From: the human T2T-CHM13v2.0 reference genome, Homo sapiens
DNA length: 64,000 nucleotides
Assembly (NCBI RefSeq): GCF_009914755.1
Contig: NC_060926.1
Direction: 5' to 3' (one strand)
Below, piece by piece: positions 1 to 14,181 of this stretch. Made by a program: the position numbers and the translations under genes. Each line of letters begins with the position of its first letter. Positions within the stretch are counted from its first letter, which is position 1. The notes below the pieces were generated by a model that was not told the origin of the DNA, ran no database searches, and saw only the letters and a program-made list of their open reading frames with translations.

Positions 1-1844
1 TTGCCTACTTAAATGCTTTCCTTATTTCAAGACCCTGTTCATTCAGTGGCTTTCCTGAAGTCTCTCTGTCATCCCAAATACACTGCTTGGAGCAACAGAA
101 AAGGTAAAGCTGAGAGAGCCATCAACTATGCCCACAGTAGCCCTCAGACGTGTACAAATACACACAGATACATGTTTAAAGAACAAATTACAAAACTGGT
201 CAATCATTAAACTCAGGGTAACACATTTTCAGCCTGCACAAGATACCTAGATGTTTGGCTCATGCCTTTGCTGTAGATCTGTCCAGCAAGTGGTCTGATT
301 TTTGGATCAGAACATGCAATTTCTGTATAACTGACACACAGATATATATATTGTCTTTCAACTTTTTTTTTTTAACCACATCTTGAACCTTGGAGGAGTT
401 ACAATGGGAAACTTCATTTTCGAAACTCCCACAAGTAAAATAGTGCAAAATTCATATAAAACCAGTTACAACATGTCTCTTTCAGGGTACCTCCCTCCCT
501 CCAATGTAAGCTACAAATCAGCCACATTAACAAAGGTCGGGCTGCATCTTCCAGTTAATTTGAACTCTTTCCCTATTTGCTTCCATCTGTGAGCAAACAA
601 AACATCTCCAGTCCTTAAGGGGCGCCTCCCCAGCATTAGCTGCTACTTTTATGCCATACTGTTGGTATGGTAGCTAGGAAAAAAATGCAGTGCCTGAAAC
701 AGGTATTTGCATTCCTATCTACATCAAAGGGCTGAATTTTTCTTTCATGGGACTTAGTGTTTTCCAGAACACAAAAGATCCATGCTTAGCCACAATATTA
801 CATTTTGCATTTATAAACCACTCTTCCCAGTTTCTCTGAGATCTCCTGCATGTCCAAAGACACTCAAGCACTTCACCAAAGAGATTCTCTGTTCCTGTTA
901 TCAAGTATTTTAATACAAGATAACAATTACAGTTTAGAGAAATGCTAGAAAAATGCACGGAAAGCTCCCAGGTGCCACTTAACTCTCCTTCCTTGCTGCA
1001 TTCCCTCTCCCACCCCATCACTGAAACCTGAGCCAGCCAATTAGATGAACAGCTTGTCACTCCTAGATGCAGTGCAATGTCTGCATCTTACTGCAGCTGT
1101 TAGGACTGACAATTCAATTCCAGTCTGCAATCCTACAACAAAGACTCTCTCGTCTGGTTCCTGGGAGTCAGAGATTCTCCTTGTTCATCTTTGAACCTCA
1201 AAAATATGGATTTATCCTGGAGCACTCAGAAGGCTTAAATCTGTATAAATAGATAGAAACATGGAAATTGTGACCCTAGTTTAGCCACTAGATGACTCAG
1301 CTGGAGTGGACTCTTCGGCTTCCAAGGACAGCTCACATAGCTGCTCTCTCAGAATATACCTTAAATTCCCAATCACAGAGCAGGGTGCCCTAAGAACCAT
1401 TCAATTTCCCTAGGCCTGTGAACAGCAGATTTTTGCCTTGGCAGGTTGGATAATCTACAACACTCTTTCATATGTCTGTCCTGTTATAAAATCAGCTCTA
1501 GTTTGTACTGGGCTCTAGAAAGCATTAGAGCTAAGAACAGGATCCTGAAGCATGTATTTCAGAGATAACTACCCTTTACTAACAACAAATATGTAGCATA
1601 CAGATTCCTCTGAGGTGCAGTAACCACTTTTGTATTTATAGTTATTAAAAGAAGGGAAAACAAGAAATCAAGGGCCACCTCATTTCTCATATAATGTGTT
1701 CTCCTTTGTGCCTGACAGACAGACGAGGACTACATGAAGCATGAATCCTCAGGATACCCAGTCACTAATTTTTTAAAGTGGAATGAGTCCTAAGTGTCAA
1801 GGGGTTTTAAGTAAAGTGAAAATTAAAGCAGTTAAAAGGAAGTT

Positions 1845-2085
1845 ATACTTACCACTTGCTATTTACTGGACCTTGTGGTATGTTTTTTTTCATACATTAT
1901 TTTATTTTACTTCATAAAACCCAATTAATTTTTTCCTCATAAACATTTGGGATAGATATTTTTACTCATATTTTACAGGTAGAGAAAGTTGATATACATT
2001 AATATGGGTGTTAGTATCTGAGAGAGGTTAAACAACTTCCCGAAACTAGTGAGTAGCAGAGCTGAAATTAAAAACCTCAACTACT
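1845..2085 (-). mobile_element. MIR SINE, degenerate
   Basis: Antisense MIR core ATTTTACAGGTAGAGAAAG...GAGAGAGGTTAAACAACTTCCC...GCAGAGCTGAAATT. Confidence 0.7.
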
Positions 2086-2534
2086 ACACACCAGAATTAT
2101 TTAACAGAGTTGAATTGTGATTTTTGCATTTCTCGGGAAATGTCCCTTGGTGAAAACTCTGAGAAGAGAAAAATGTCTGAATTTCTTCTGCAGGAGGTCT
2201 CTAGGCTCCCACTGCTCTTTAAAAATGGTGATCATAATATAAGGGATATACGTCCAATGAATCTAGTATTCCATAGACTCTATCAATCTTTTGCCCAATC
2301 TTTGCTATTCTTCAAAATTTTCTGAAGCTATAATTTGGGCATCTCCCTATCATTTACTGCATTATTTCTAGGCTAGATGTTAGTGGCAAAATAATTAAAA
2401 AATATGGAACCCCAAAATTGAGGGTCTTCACAGCAAAAGGAGGTGATAAACATACAATTCCCCATAATACAATTAATTCTGATATATCAGCACTATGAGC
2501 AGAGTACTAAGAGATCATAAAGGAAGAAGTAATA

Positions 2535-2868
2535 GCAAATTGAAAACAATCTAAATCAGCAATAAAATATTGGTCAGGTTAATTATGATATATCCACACA
2601 ATGGAATACCACATAGCCATTAAAATCATATTGCAGCAGAATATTTAATGATTTGGGGATACGTTTCATATACATTGTTTAGTAGACAAGCAGGCTGTAA
2701 AATAAAAGCAATATAATTTCATTTAAAAATATATTGGAAGAGTGAGAACACTTTAGCAAATGTTAATAATGGTTATATTAATATAAAAAGGTTACCATTA
2801 TTGCTTCTGCTTTTTGCTTTTTTATGTTTTGTATAGTGAATATGCTTTTCTTTTGTAATTAGAAAAAC
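2535..2868 (+). mobile_element. Old L1 (L1ME-type) 3' end
   Basis: TATATCCACACAATGGAATACCACATAGCCATTAAAA motif, followed by an L1ME-like 3' UTR ending TTTTGTAATTAGAAAAA. Confidence 0.75.
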
Positions 2869-4949
2869 ATTCAATACAGTTTAAAACTCAAATCATGTTA
2901 ACAAAGACTTAACAACAACAAAAATCAATTTGAAATTCTTTCGAATTGGGGAAAGTAAAATTCCTAACACACTTAAGATTTATTTCCACAGATGGCCTCA
3001 TGAGCTACAAATACCTCACTCATAAATCGTCTTGCCTTGAATTTCCACTCAGTGTTCTGATATCATGCCAGATGTGGGATCTTGCCTTGGTCCAACTCCT
3101 CCTTTGTAATTTTAAAGGCCTCTCACACTTGGGATGCTGAGCTAGAGTCATTCTCCTGCTTGGTAGCTTTTGAGAGTGAACAGATCACTTCGCTGTGTAT
3201 TGTCATTCAGTTAGTAGATGTTTCTGGCTGCTTCTTCAACCCATACAATATACCTTTCCTACCAAGAAATGTGTGACTTCTATTCTCTCAGCCTTGGTGT
3301 AAATCCCTGAAAGTGTTAAGGAGAAAAAAAGAGCAAGAATCCTCCAAGATCTATAATTGCACAGGCCCCAGGAAAGAAGCATAAAGAAAACAGTAACTAA
3401 AAACAAATGCAGAATAAGACCTGAAATACAATATTTGACCACAGTCTAAAAGTAAAAGCTTAGAAACTGGTCAAGGATGTCATGTGTCTTGTCGGTTTTG
3501 AAGAACTATTATTCAAAGCTTTCCATTTAATTATGGCCAAAATGCCCAGGTCTGTTTTTCTTCAAAATCCAGTGTTCTGATGACTAGCTACATTACCCAT
3601 GCATCTTGAGATATGCTACTGGGAAAAGAGGAAGAACAGTTTAAATTATTGTTATGTGGAAAGTCGGGATTATTAACAACCAACGAATCTAGGAGGAAAG
3701 CCAAAATCTGTGAAGAAGGCTTTCAATGCCTCTGGGCCAGCTCATCTGAATTCAAGAACTGGAGAAAGATTTTCACTTATAAAGTTACCCAGAGGGCCTG
3801 GGGAAGAGGTGAGTGTCTTCCAGCAGCTGAGCATAGATCAGTACCTGAGATCATTTACAACCTGCATGGCTGTGGTCAGACCCTAATGCAGCCTGGGCTG
3901 CAGACACAACGTGGTCAGGGTACCAACAGGAGACTCAGTGAAAAAGGAGACTGTTTCTGGAGAGGCCTCTGAATGATCAGCTGCATACCAACCACTGTGT
4001 TTTCGGGTTTGTTTGTGTGCGTGTGTGTGTTTCCTAGTGTGCACTGAAAAACATCCTAATTTATACATGCTCATATATCACCAGCTTGTTAATTCAACAC
4101 TAAAGCAAAAAGATGACAGGAATACAAGTTCTTGCTTCATTTTTTCTGTTTTCTCTCTAATTTGTTTGGTAGATGAATGGAGCATGCACAACATTTCAGA
4201 TGTTTACTCAAATACAAGATCCATTGTGATGATCTTTATTACTTTTGTAATACTAAAACCCACAGTTGTGCTTAATCATAAGATCCTCTAGGGTGACACT
4301 CTCTAAATTAAACTACCAAGAATTTATATTTTAAGTCAAGCTGTCTCCTGGGTCTTAATAGTATCTGATCCAGAAAAGAAAAAATGAGTGTTAATAGCAG
4401 GGCATACAGTACTATATAAGGTGCTTTAATCATCCTAATGAAGGAAATGAAGATGATGAAATATTCCTGGGAAACTTTTTCATATGCAATGAAGCCTGTG
4501 ATGAGAAGGAACCTTTAGAAATAGTTTTATTATTTGGGTAAATATTTCTAGACTTATATTCCCTTATTGATATACTCAATATCAGAAACTTAGATTTATT
4601 ATTAGAGATTTTTAATCCATGATTCAAAATTGTAATAATTATTTTAGTTGTAGCTCTTTATATAATGAAATTAAACTACCTGATGCATATTAATGAATAA
4701 ATAAATGCACTTAGTCAATCTGACTAGAAAAAGATATTAATCACGTTGTATGGCTTTATATGGTAAAACATTAGCTGGCTAGCTAAATATTACATTTTTA
4801 ACTTGGCTGGGAGATTATATATAATATACAAAAAAGAAACCAAAACTATCTAGACAGCTAAAGAAGCAAACAATACACATGAACACTATTTTAAAATTGA
4901 GGTAATTAAGAAAAAAAGAATACATATGTGTGTGTGTGATGAGGTATTA

Positions 4950-5200
4950 CTCATCCATTCATTCATTTATTAAAAAATATTTATTGGGCAACCTGCTTGG
5001 GTCCCCTTTCATGCCGTGGAAGCTTTCTTCTTTTGCTCTTCACAATAAATCTTGCTGCTGCTCACTAAACAAAAAACAAACAAATAAACAAAAAAACTGT
5101 TGAACACCTGACACAGGGTAGGCACGATTCTAGGTGGTAGGATTAGAATAGTGAGCAAAAAAGTCAAAGTAACTGCCTTTGTGGAGCTTGCTTCCTGATT
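4950..5200 (-). mobile_element. L2 3' end, interrupted by an LTR12-derived insertion
   Basis: CATTCATTCATTTATT..AAATATTTATTG resumes after the insert as AACACCTG...TTCTAGG...ACTGCCTTTGTGGAGCTT. Confidence 0.75.
4987..5096 (+). mobile_element. LTR12 (ERV9) R-region fragment with A-rich tail
   Basis: GGCAACCTGCTTGGGTCCCCTTTCATGCCGTGGAAGCTTT...AATAAATCTTGCTGCTGCTCACT matches the LTR12 R region; A-rich tail at 5067-5096. Confidence 0.85.
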
Positions 5201-5289
5201 ATCAGGTTACGTAATAATTATCCACACTTGGATTTGCACATTCAGATTTAGATTACTGTAAATACAAAGCCACCATGTGTGTGAATTAG

Positions 5290-5440
5290 AGTAATAGAAA
5301 GAAAATCAGAAAATCTGGTTTTCAATATTATCTCGATGTGACCTTGGCCTTGTCATTTAATCTCTGAAAAACCTTTTTTTTTTAACCTATTAAATGTGTT
5401 GGTTGGTATTATCAAAAATAAAGTTCTGTAATTTTGTGTT
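5290..5440 (+). mobile_element. MIR/MIR3 remnant
   Basis: TGTGACCTTGGCCTTGTCATTTAATCTCT core. Confidence 0.5.
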
Positions 5441-6474
5441 TCCTGATAGAAGAAAAATATGTTTGGGCTCATGTTTATAGTGTTTATATGTGGAAAGTTT
5501 TCAACAACTTAAAAAAAAAAACCCACAAAACTCTAATTGCAATCAACAGCAAACTGAGACAGGTATTGCAGTACTTAAGTAAAGTGATGGGTAGCTCTTG
5601 GCAAAGTTCATGAGAAAAATCACCACACTGATTACAGGTATTGTAAAGGGTTGTCAGAAACAGCAAGTAAATTGCAGAGAAAGAGATCCACAAATCCTTT
5701 CCTTAAAATCACTACTATTATCACGGTGTTAACTGGGTAATTTTTCCAGCACAAGGGGCAAATGCATTTTTAAAAAACATAATCAGTTAAATGGTACACA
5801 TAGAAAATGCCCTTCTTACAACAGCCAATCTGAGGTTATTCTATTAAATAAAATAAGCAAAAACACAAAAATAAAAGCCCACATTACATATAACTACAAA
5901 AGTTATCTGTTTAGAAGATAGACTTTATTTTTTCAGCTTTGTAAAACAGACTTAAGAACAGAATACAGAAATCTCAGAAATCAAGTCTCATACAGACCTA
6001 AGCAAACCTCATTAATATTCAAGATAATATTTGTAAAAATAAACTTTGAATTAATCATGTTTGCATTATCTGGTATTTTCATTAAAGAACAAGAGAGCAT
6101 GGAGTTGACTATAAAATGAAATTTGTTTCTAGTTGCTTATGATTTAAACAAACCAGCGTCAGATTAAAGAGCTTTTACTCTCAGTACCATAGAAGCTTTG
6201 TCTTGGGGTGTCCTGGGCACAGTTTATGATCTAGAGTCAGTGTGGATCATATTTCCCATAAATTACAATCCATTTGAGGAAACTGCTTCTTTAACACTGT
6301 GTCACTGCTTGTATACCTAGCGAGGACCTGTTAATGTGATTATTCTTTGTACTCTTTTACTCGATCCCTTAACAACTTTTATTTGTGCTGTGATTCATGT
6401 TTTCAAAGTGCTTTGATTTCCATTACGTGGTTTAATCCTCAAACACTTCCTTGAAGTAGATAAGGCAGCCATCA

Positions 6475-6630
6475 AGTTCTCTGAGCCTCAGTTTCCTTAT
6501 TTATTATATGGAAATAATAGTAATAACCTTAGCTGCGCGTGGTGGCGCCCGCCTGCAATCCCAGCTACTTGGAGGCTGAGGCACACATACCTTATCATAA
6601 GGTTTTTGTGAAGATTAAATGAGATAATAA
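6475..6630 (+). mobile_element. MIR core interrupted by a short Alu fragment
   Basis: CTCTGAGCCTCAGTTTCCTTAT...ATAATAGTA then TGTGAAGATTAAATGAGATAAT. Confidence 0.8.
6529..6583 (+). mobile_element. 55-bp Alu right-arm start (7SL-derived), no tail
   Basis: TTAGCTGCGCGTGGTGGCGCCCGCCTGCAATCCCAGCTACTTGGAGGCTGAGGCA. Confidence 0.85.
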
Positions 6631-6639
6631 TGATAAGGA

Positions 6640-6830
6640 GGATGATAGTTACATTTCTTGGTCATTTGCTATGTGCTAAAAACTATTTTAATTGTGCTAC
6701 ACTGTTAACTTATTTAATTCTTCATTGTGACCCTAAAAAACAGGTGCTATTATTTCCTCATTTTATATTTGAGAAAACTGAGTCACGGAAAGGCAAAACA
6801 ATTTGCCCAACGTTACAAAAAAGTGACCGA
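6640..6830 (-). mobile_element. MIR SINE
   Basis: CTATTATTTCCTCATTTTATATTTGAGAAAACTGAGTCAC...AATTTGCCCAA. Confidence 0.8.
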
Positions 6831-9469
6831 TCTAGTTAAATAATGACAGAAGCCACCTAGAATTATATTAACACTTGAAATAATATTACTTCCCTCCATT
6901 AGTAAACACAATTTCACATCAACTAATGATTTCTACAAGACTCCAATATAGTCATTTTAAATCCCTAATGGAAATAAGGGTAACAAAAATTATTCAGCAT
7001 ACATTCTATCTATTCTAAATAAGTTGCTTTGATCCTGTACTTAAAGAAAAATAAACAAGTAACTGAATCTTAATTCATCAATATCCTATATATAGTCATA
7101 AATATCATTTGTTCAATTTAAAAGAAATTAGAATATGGCCAGAAAGAGTCAGGCAAGAGGACTAAATAAATAAGAAGTATTCTAAGTATTTTAAAATGCC
7201 TTTTGGAGCTCATGGATTTGGAAGGGGTTAGAAAAAGAGAGCTGACATTTGGGAACCTTTATAAAAAAAGGTCTTAAAAAAAAATCTATGAAGCAAGAAT
7301 TATCAAGTATCTTTTAAAAGATATTGTTTGTCAAAAACCCTTATACTTAAGGAGATATAATTCCTTATTGGATTATATTTAATTTTTTTTCCAAAAGCAA
7401 AACTGCTACTTATGAAGTCATCTGTTAAACAATTTATATTTTATTCTAAGCAAAATTCCAATTACAACATACATGCTTTGTGAAGACACAGTCAATGTGT
7501 TAACACTAAAGTATCAATGCCTAGGCTATAATTAGTATTCAATAAATGCTTCAATTATGAAATATGGAAACAAGCTCCTGCTAGTCTATCAACAGTTATA
7601 AAATGCATCATTACACACACACACATACCTACACATCCTTCCGTATGGCTAAAAACAAATTTTAAGTTGTTTTTCTTCTGCCAAAAACTATCAAAAAATA
7701 GATCATGATGATCCCCAAAAGATCAATCACTCTTTATATTTTAAAAATACATCTTAAAAAAACCTAACACCTAGATAGTGATTTTCAAGTACAGGGTACA
7801 CATATTGATTAACATAATGGGAAAATTAAAGCATTTATAAAGTGCTCTAAGGACTAATCTACTAAGAAGATTTATATTTTTAATTAAACATTTTACCATG
7901 GCAATATATAAGAAGAAGATCTTGGCTCCACTGTCAGACTTAATAAAGCTAGCATTGCATGAATCAGAAGAGGAGACAGGGGTTTTGAATAGAGAAAGGT
8001 GGGTAGATGAGGGGAAAGAATATTGAGTTGGGCTGAAATCCTCATCCTGTTAACAAGTCCCTGAATTACTGTCAGCGTTATTGTTAAGCCACAGGGTATC
8101 TCTTTACAAATTAGAGAAAGGTTACACTTTATCAAGACCCATTATTTCTATCTGTGGAAAACTGTCACAACATACTTATTATGGAAACAGAATCTGTATC
8201 ATTATTTAACTCCCTTAAACTTAATAATCAACAGATCAACAATATCCATGATGCAAATAGCATACTGTTAGATGTAGTGACATTGTGCACTGTACAAACA
8301 AGCATGCATGCCTGATTGTCATGTTTGAGACAGAGACTTCTTCATCTTATTATAGACACTTATATGACTCATAATGTCCTTCTGCTACTAAAAAAGAGCC
8401 TGAAAATTTGGCCTACATTGTTTCAGAAAACTGAGTCCCAGTCTTCTCAGCATTTCCACTTATCCTAATAAGTTAACTTATAATAAGGTAATAATTTGCT
8501 TTACCTACTTATAAGATAGTCTACTTCTGAGGATGACAAAATTTAAGGACTGGCTTTCTGAGTTTGAATTGCACACAAAGTATTCAATTGCTTTTCCCTA
8601 CAGATGCAGAAAACCATCAACCATGTCTATGTGTGTGTATGTGTATGTAAATAAATTTATGGCTTGTTTTCCCTTCCATCTTTTCTTGAAATAATGTTTT
8701 GACATTAGTGTACCTTAATACATCAATATGTTTTTGGTTTGATTATGTTTTTCCTGTTACTGAATGTCCTTTTTGGATATATGTTAGTTCTTAGAAAGGC
8801 TGGCTATCACCTAGTGTCTATAACGTTAAGAAAATGCCTGCCTGTTAAATATAGAGACATAAAGCAAAACAACAGCTGAGCACTTGCATCATTGTTCTGG
8901 AGGGCAACACTGATTACCCACTTTAGTTCTGACTCCAATAATACAACTTCTATCTATTAACTAAATAAGCAGTATTTTATTTAAATGAAGACTGGTATGT
9001 TTTAGAAAAGTCATCTCAGGATTATAGAGCTAGTGTATTTACCAAATTATCCTTTTCTCTGACCCAAAGAGTCTTGAGTGCATGGTTTATGACAGTTTGT
9101 TGAACACACTGTGCTGGAAGTAATTATTATCCATTATTTTTAGAAGGGTCTAATATGCTGTGAAACCTTTTTTTCCCCTGCATCAAAAGAATAATATTAT
9201 TTTACTACTAGTCATATATTAAATTTCAAAACTTGATAAAGCATTATGATCCCTCTAAAATATAATGATTTATAACTTGTTTTCCCCTCAATTTTAAGTT
9301 GCATTCTTATATTCTATTTCTTTTAATTTCTAATAATCATATTTTCATTGAAACGATCTTTGTTTTGATTATAAATTCTCTAAGAACTGGATGATCTCTA
9401 TAATTGAATTATTATTTCCGAAATTAGGTTGAATAGCTAGAGTTTATTCTGTGTCCCTCAATAAGGTAT

Positions 9470-9673
9470 ACACTTTACAAAGTTTTTCTCATTTGATCCA
9501 CAGAGCATTTTAGTTTGGGTAAAATAATTATGCTCATTTTGCAGATGCAAAGTTAAAATCTGCATAGTAAGTTGTGCAGTTTCTTAAAAGATGAGGGAAG
9601 TGTCACAATCTGTAGAGCTAGGATGTGAACCCAGGAAGCCTAACTTCAGACCTGGGGTCTTAGCCACAGTGCA
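9470..9673 (-). mobile_element. MIR SINE
   Basis: CATTTTGCAGATG...AGAGCTAGGATGTGAACCCAGG...CTTAGCCAC. Confidence 0.7.
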
Positions 9674-10806
9674 AGACTATGCTAAACGGCTTCAGCAAGG
9701 GAGCTTTTACGCATGGTCTTCTGAGGGTAGTTGATATGGCAATTCCAAATGATATGAAAAATAATGAATCAGTGCTTTCCAGCTGTCCTCAATGATTTGC
9801 TCCACCTGTCTTCAGGCCTTTCTTTTATCCATCAGCACTCTTCACCCTCTCAGCACAAAGAACAGCCTCCCTCGGGGACTGGGTAGAGTTGCTATCTGAC
9901 ACCCAAAATTCACACCTTGCTTCTTTGCATTCTCCCTGACATCTCTATTCATCAGCTCATCTGTCTGCTTCAGAGTCACAATTCTCTTCAGGTTTGGTTT
10001 CGAAAGCGAGGCTCAAAATTTCTGTTGTTCTCTGAGGCTGTGGATCCCTCACACTCACAGGATGCCTCTTTTCGCATGACAGAGATGCCTAAGTTCATTA
10101 TCCACAGGCTGCTTCTGAGTGAGAGAGATTTCATCCTTTCTAAAGACCTTCTTGACTAAAGTAGTTCTCTTTACCTTTGTCATCTTGCAGCCACTCTCTC
10201 GACAGATGAGGCACCCAGCATGTTCTATTTCCATAGCATTTACATATTATTAATAGAAGCAGGCCAGTATCTAAAGGATGACATTGAAGAAGAGTTTTTT
10301 TTCACATTTTACCACAGGGCTCTACAAGAAGATGATCTTGCCAGTGTTCTCTTGAAACAAGTTTCCTTTTTCTCAACTCAGAGAAATGCTTTTTATGTAA
10401 CATTTGTGAAAGATTCTTATGGTCTACTATTTTTTTAAATTTCCTATTGTCGGCCTGACTGGCACTGTGAAATGACATCAATATTGTCAGATTCAACCAA
10501 GAGTCATTATAGCCACAATAAAATACCATGTCTCCAGAAACTATTTATTTAAGTATAAAAAGGAATCAAGCATAACTTTAATGAGATTTCTCAGACTGTG
10601 TGTCTGCCTGAAAGAAATGTGTTCCCTCTGTCCAGTCAATGAGAGGATCAGAGCTCTTTCCAGCTTTCTCTCATTACCTGCTTGTTGACTAGTGCAGCCT
10701 TCAAAAAGATAACCAAAGACTCCCTACATCTCTCAGATGCTATGTAATTTATTGTGATGTAATGTATTGGTCTATAATTATGTCTTCATTTTTTCGTCCA
10801 CTTTGA

Positions 10807-11141
<335 letters not shown>

Positions 11142-11737
11142 TTCCCTTATCTTTCTTACTGTGATTGCATTTACTCTGAGACTTTTAGCTTTATCCTTGA
11201 CTGTAACTCAGGCAAATTACTAATTACAATCTTCTTTAAACTTCTGATATTGATTTCTGGCTTTATTTTTCTAATCCATGCTGTACTCTGATTTAATAGA
11301 AATTTTTAAGAAACACCAATGAAATTAAAGTTTGGCTATTACTTTCACATAATACATATTATTCTTCTTCTATAAAAACAAACATAACAACTCATAAAAA
11401 ATGACAAGAAATGGAAATAAAACATAGGGATCAAACTGGAATGACTTCTAAAAATAGCTAGAGTTACTGATTTACTATAAAAACTAAACAGAAAGTTTGC
11501 AAGTCAAAAATAAGTTTATTCTGATTATTCTTTTGTAAGTTCGCTGTTCGAAATTTTAAATGCACTTATATTCACTACCACATACCAGGAAACATCTTGG
11601 TAAACAGAGATTTTTAAATCAGAGTCAGAAAAAAATGTTATCCGGCAGATACAGAAATAAAGTGAGGGATGGAGAGGTTGAGTTACCTTATTGAGACCTT
11701 GGCAAGACCAAAAGCACCAATGATCTAGAATGGTGGC

Positions 11738-11915
11738 TGGTGGTTCTCAAGGTATAGTTAAGGGATAATGTGCATTAGCATCACCATAAATGTTTATTAA
11801 AACTGCACACCCCAGAACTCATCTCTGATCTATTGTGTCAGACTAAGAGTGAAACCTGGAAACCTGCATTTCAAAGATACTTCCCAGGTGACTGTGCAAC
11901 AAAATTAGAGAATTT
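11738..11915 (+). mobile_element. MER5A hAT DNA transposon
   Basis: TGGTTCTCAA...TAGCATCACC...CCTGCATTTCAAAGATACTTCCCAGGTGA. Confidence 0.7.
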
Positions 11916-14181
11916 TTCATAGCTATCAATTTATAGATAAGCAATACAGAATTAGAAAGTGAAAATAAAGACGCAACCCAGTTTGTACATTTAAAATTCT
12001 TCTCATCCAGTTGCATGATTTGCATTAGGCATGCCTTGTTTTCGTTTGGCTGTTGGGATAACGGGCCCAGTTATCTTATATCTTGTCTATATTCTGTTAC
12101 TGTCAGAGAAAAGGCAAATTTAAGTCTTATTTGAAATGTGTGCCTTCATCTGGGTCATAAAAGTTAGGTGTGACCTTTAAGTACTTCATAGAGTCTTAAA
12201 AATATGTCAGTTTCACATATATATGTACGTGACCAATGAACTTAATATATATCACCTTTCAGGCTGAACATAAAAGCACATGTACTTTCTTAGTGTAAAA
12301 TGAGGTAGAAAGGTAAATATTTTAAAACATAATTTGTTCCCCATATTTTTACATGCATGTGCCTATACATATGAAAAAAATTGTGTGTTTTCTTCCTAGA
12401 ATAAAGAAAAAAACTAAGTAAAAAGGAAAGAAGTCATCAACTGAATGAAGGGAGAGAAAATAAATTCCTGGGAATGTACTGTTCCCAACTCAATGTTCTC
12501 AGCCAACAATTGAGAATCATAATTACTATTAGGATAAAAATACTTCAGGCCAGGCCTGAAGTTAGTGATCAGCTGCTAAGAGGAATAGTAGTTATCAACA
12601 TCATGAGAATAACAGTAGTAACCAAGCAAAGCAATGCGGTCTGTACTTTTCACTGAATGAAACATCAGGTATTTAGATCATGTTTTCTTTCTATAATTTT
12701 GCACTTGTTTTCAGTTACAGATAATTATGTACTTACAATATTGTTTTATATGTTTTATGGAAGGAAAGAACTCCTCCTAGCTTTAAAGTAAAATAGAGCA
12801 AAACTGACTTGACCCCGATTTTCCTTTAAATCCGTATCTCAAAGTATTTTAAATCTGAAGTAAAGACTACTTGTGTCAATGCAACATATATTTTTGTAGA
12901 CCTTTGTTCCTTGTTGTCCACCACTTCTATGTACTATATCCCTCTCACATCTGCTTTTATATCTATAGCATCCGGCTTGCTTAAGATCCATGATATCTCA
13001 AATTAAACTAAGAAATAGAGGCAGTGAAGCTGAATGTACAAAACAGAAAGTTTGATCTTAGTAGACTTTCTTCCAGTACACTGTGTTCTGTTTTGTGATT
13101 CACACCCAATGATTTGTGTATTGTAACAACTAGCTCAGATTCCAATGTGGCCAATACTTTCAAACCAGACACTATTCCTAACCAAAAATATGGCAAGTAT
13201 CCCAAGAACAGAATTATTAATGTAACTGTCTTGTCATTCACTGACTGAAATATCTAATGAGGAAAAGGCTTCTATTAAATATACTATAAATAAGCATTTA
13301 ACATTTGGAGCTTTAAATGACACAACAGGGAAACATTTGTGTAGACTGAAATCTATTTTTATTGTTGATTGAATCAGCAGTTTGTAAGGCTGCCAGGCAA
13401 TGGATCAGTACACTTATAGAAAAATTAAATTTAATTGTATTTATTCACTGATGAATAGAAACCAACCCAAGACAAGTAAAAATTGGGAAATATTTTTTTT
13501 ATTGCTCACATCATAGCCTGAGCCAAAACTGTGTTAAATTATTTAATTTGTGTTTCTCTTATATTATAGCAAATGGGAGAAAACAAAAAACAACCTTCCT
13601 AAGGAGTGCTGCGTTTGGGATGGCAAATAAGCATTAAGTGATTAATGCCCAATAGTGACCAATAAATAATTTAGTTATCTCTGCAGACTTTCTGTTTTCT
13701 TGTAATATTTTGTTTCTTTAGATACATAATACACTTGCCCTTAATAATGAAAAAGTAAATACAACCATAATTTATTATTTTTATTGGGCTACCAGAAGTA
13801 ACTGTTGTATAAGGACACCAATGTGGGTGGATAATTGGCATGATCTTCCAAATTTGCAGATTTTAGAGAAGATTAATATTTGATAATACAGTCTTAATAA
13901 TGGTCGACCATTGAAAATGAGGTTAAAAGCAATCAATTTTCAAAAAGTTTACTCAATGGTTTATAAAGATATTTCTAAGAAATTGAACTTAACTAGCAAA
14001 GATTATAGTTTTAATCTGTACGTAAAATGTATTTTTTAAATCTTCTAACTACCTAAAAACTCTATTTTTTTCACATTCGTATATTAGCATGTATATGTGT
14101 GGGAGGTATAGTTCTGAGATGTTTATGTTTCATAGTTCATTTGCCTTAACTATTAGAAGTTATTCTTAAAGTACTTGAAGC

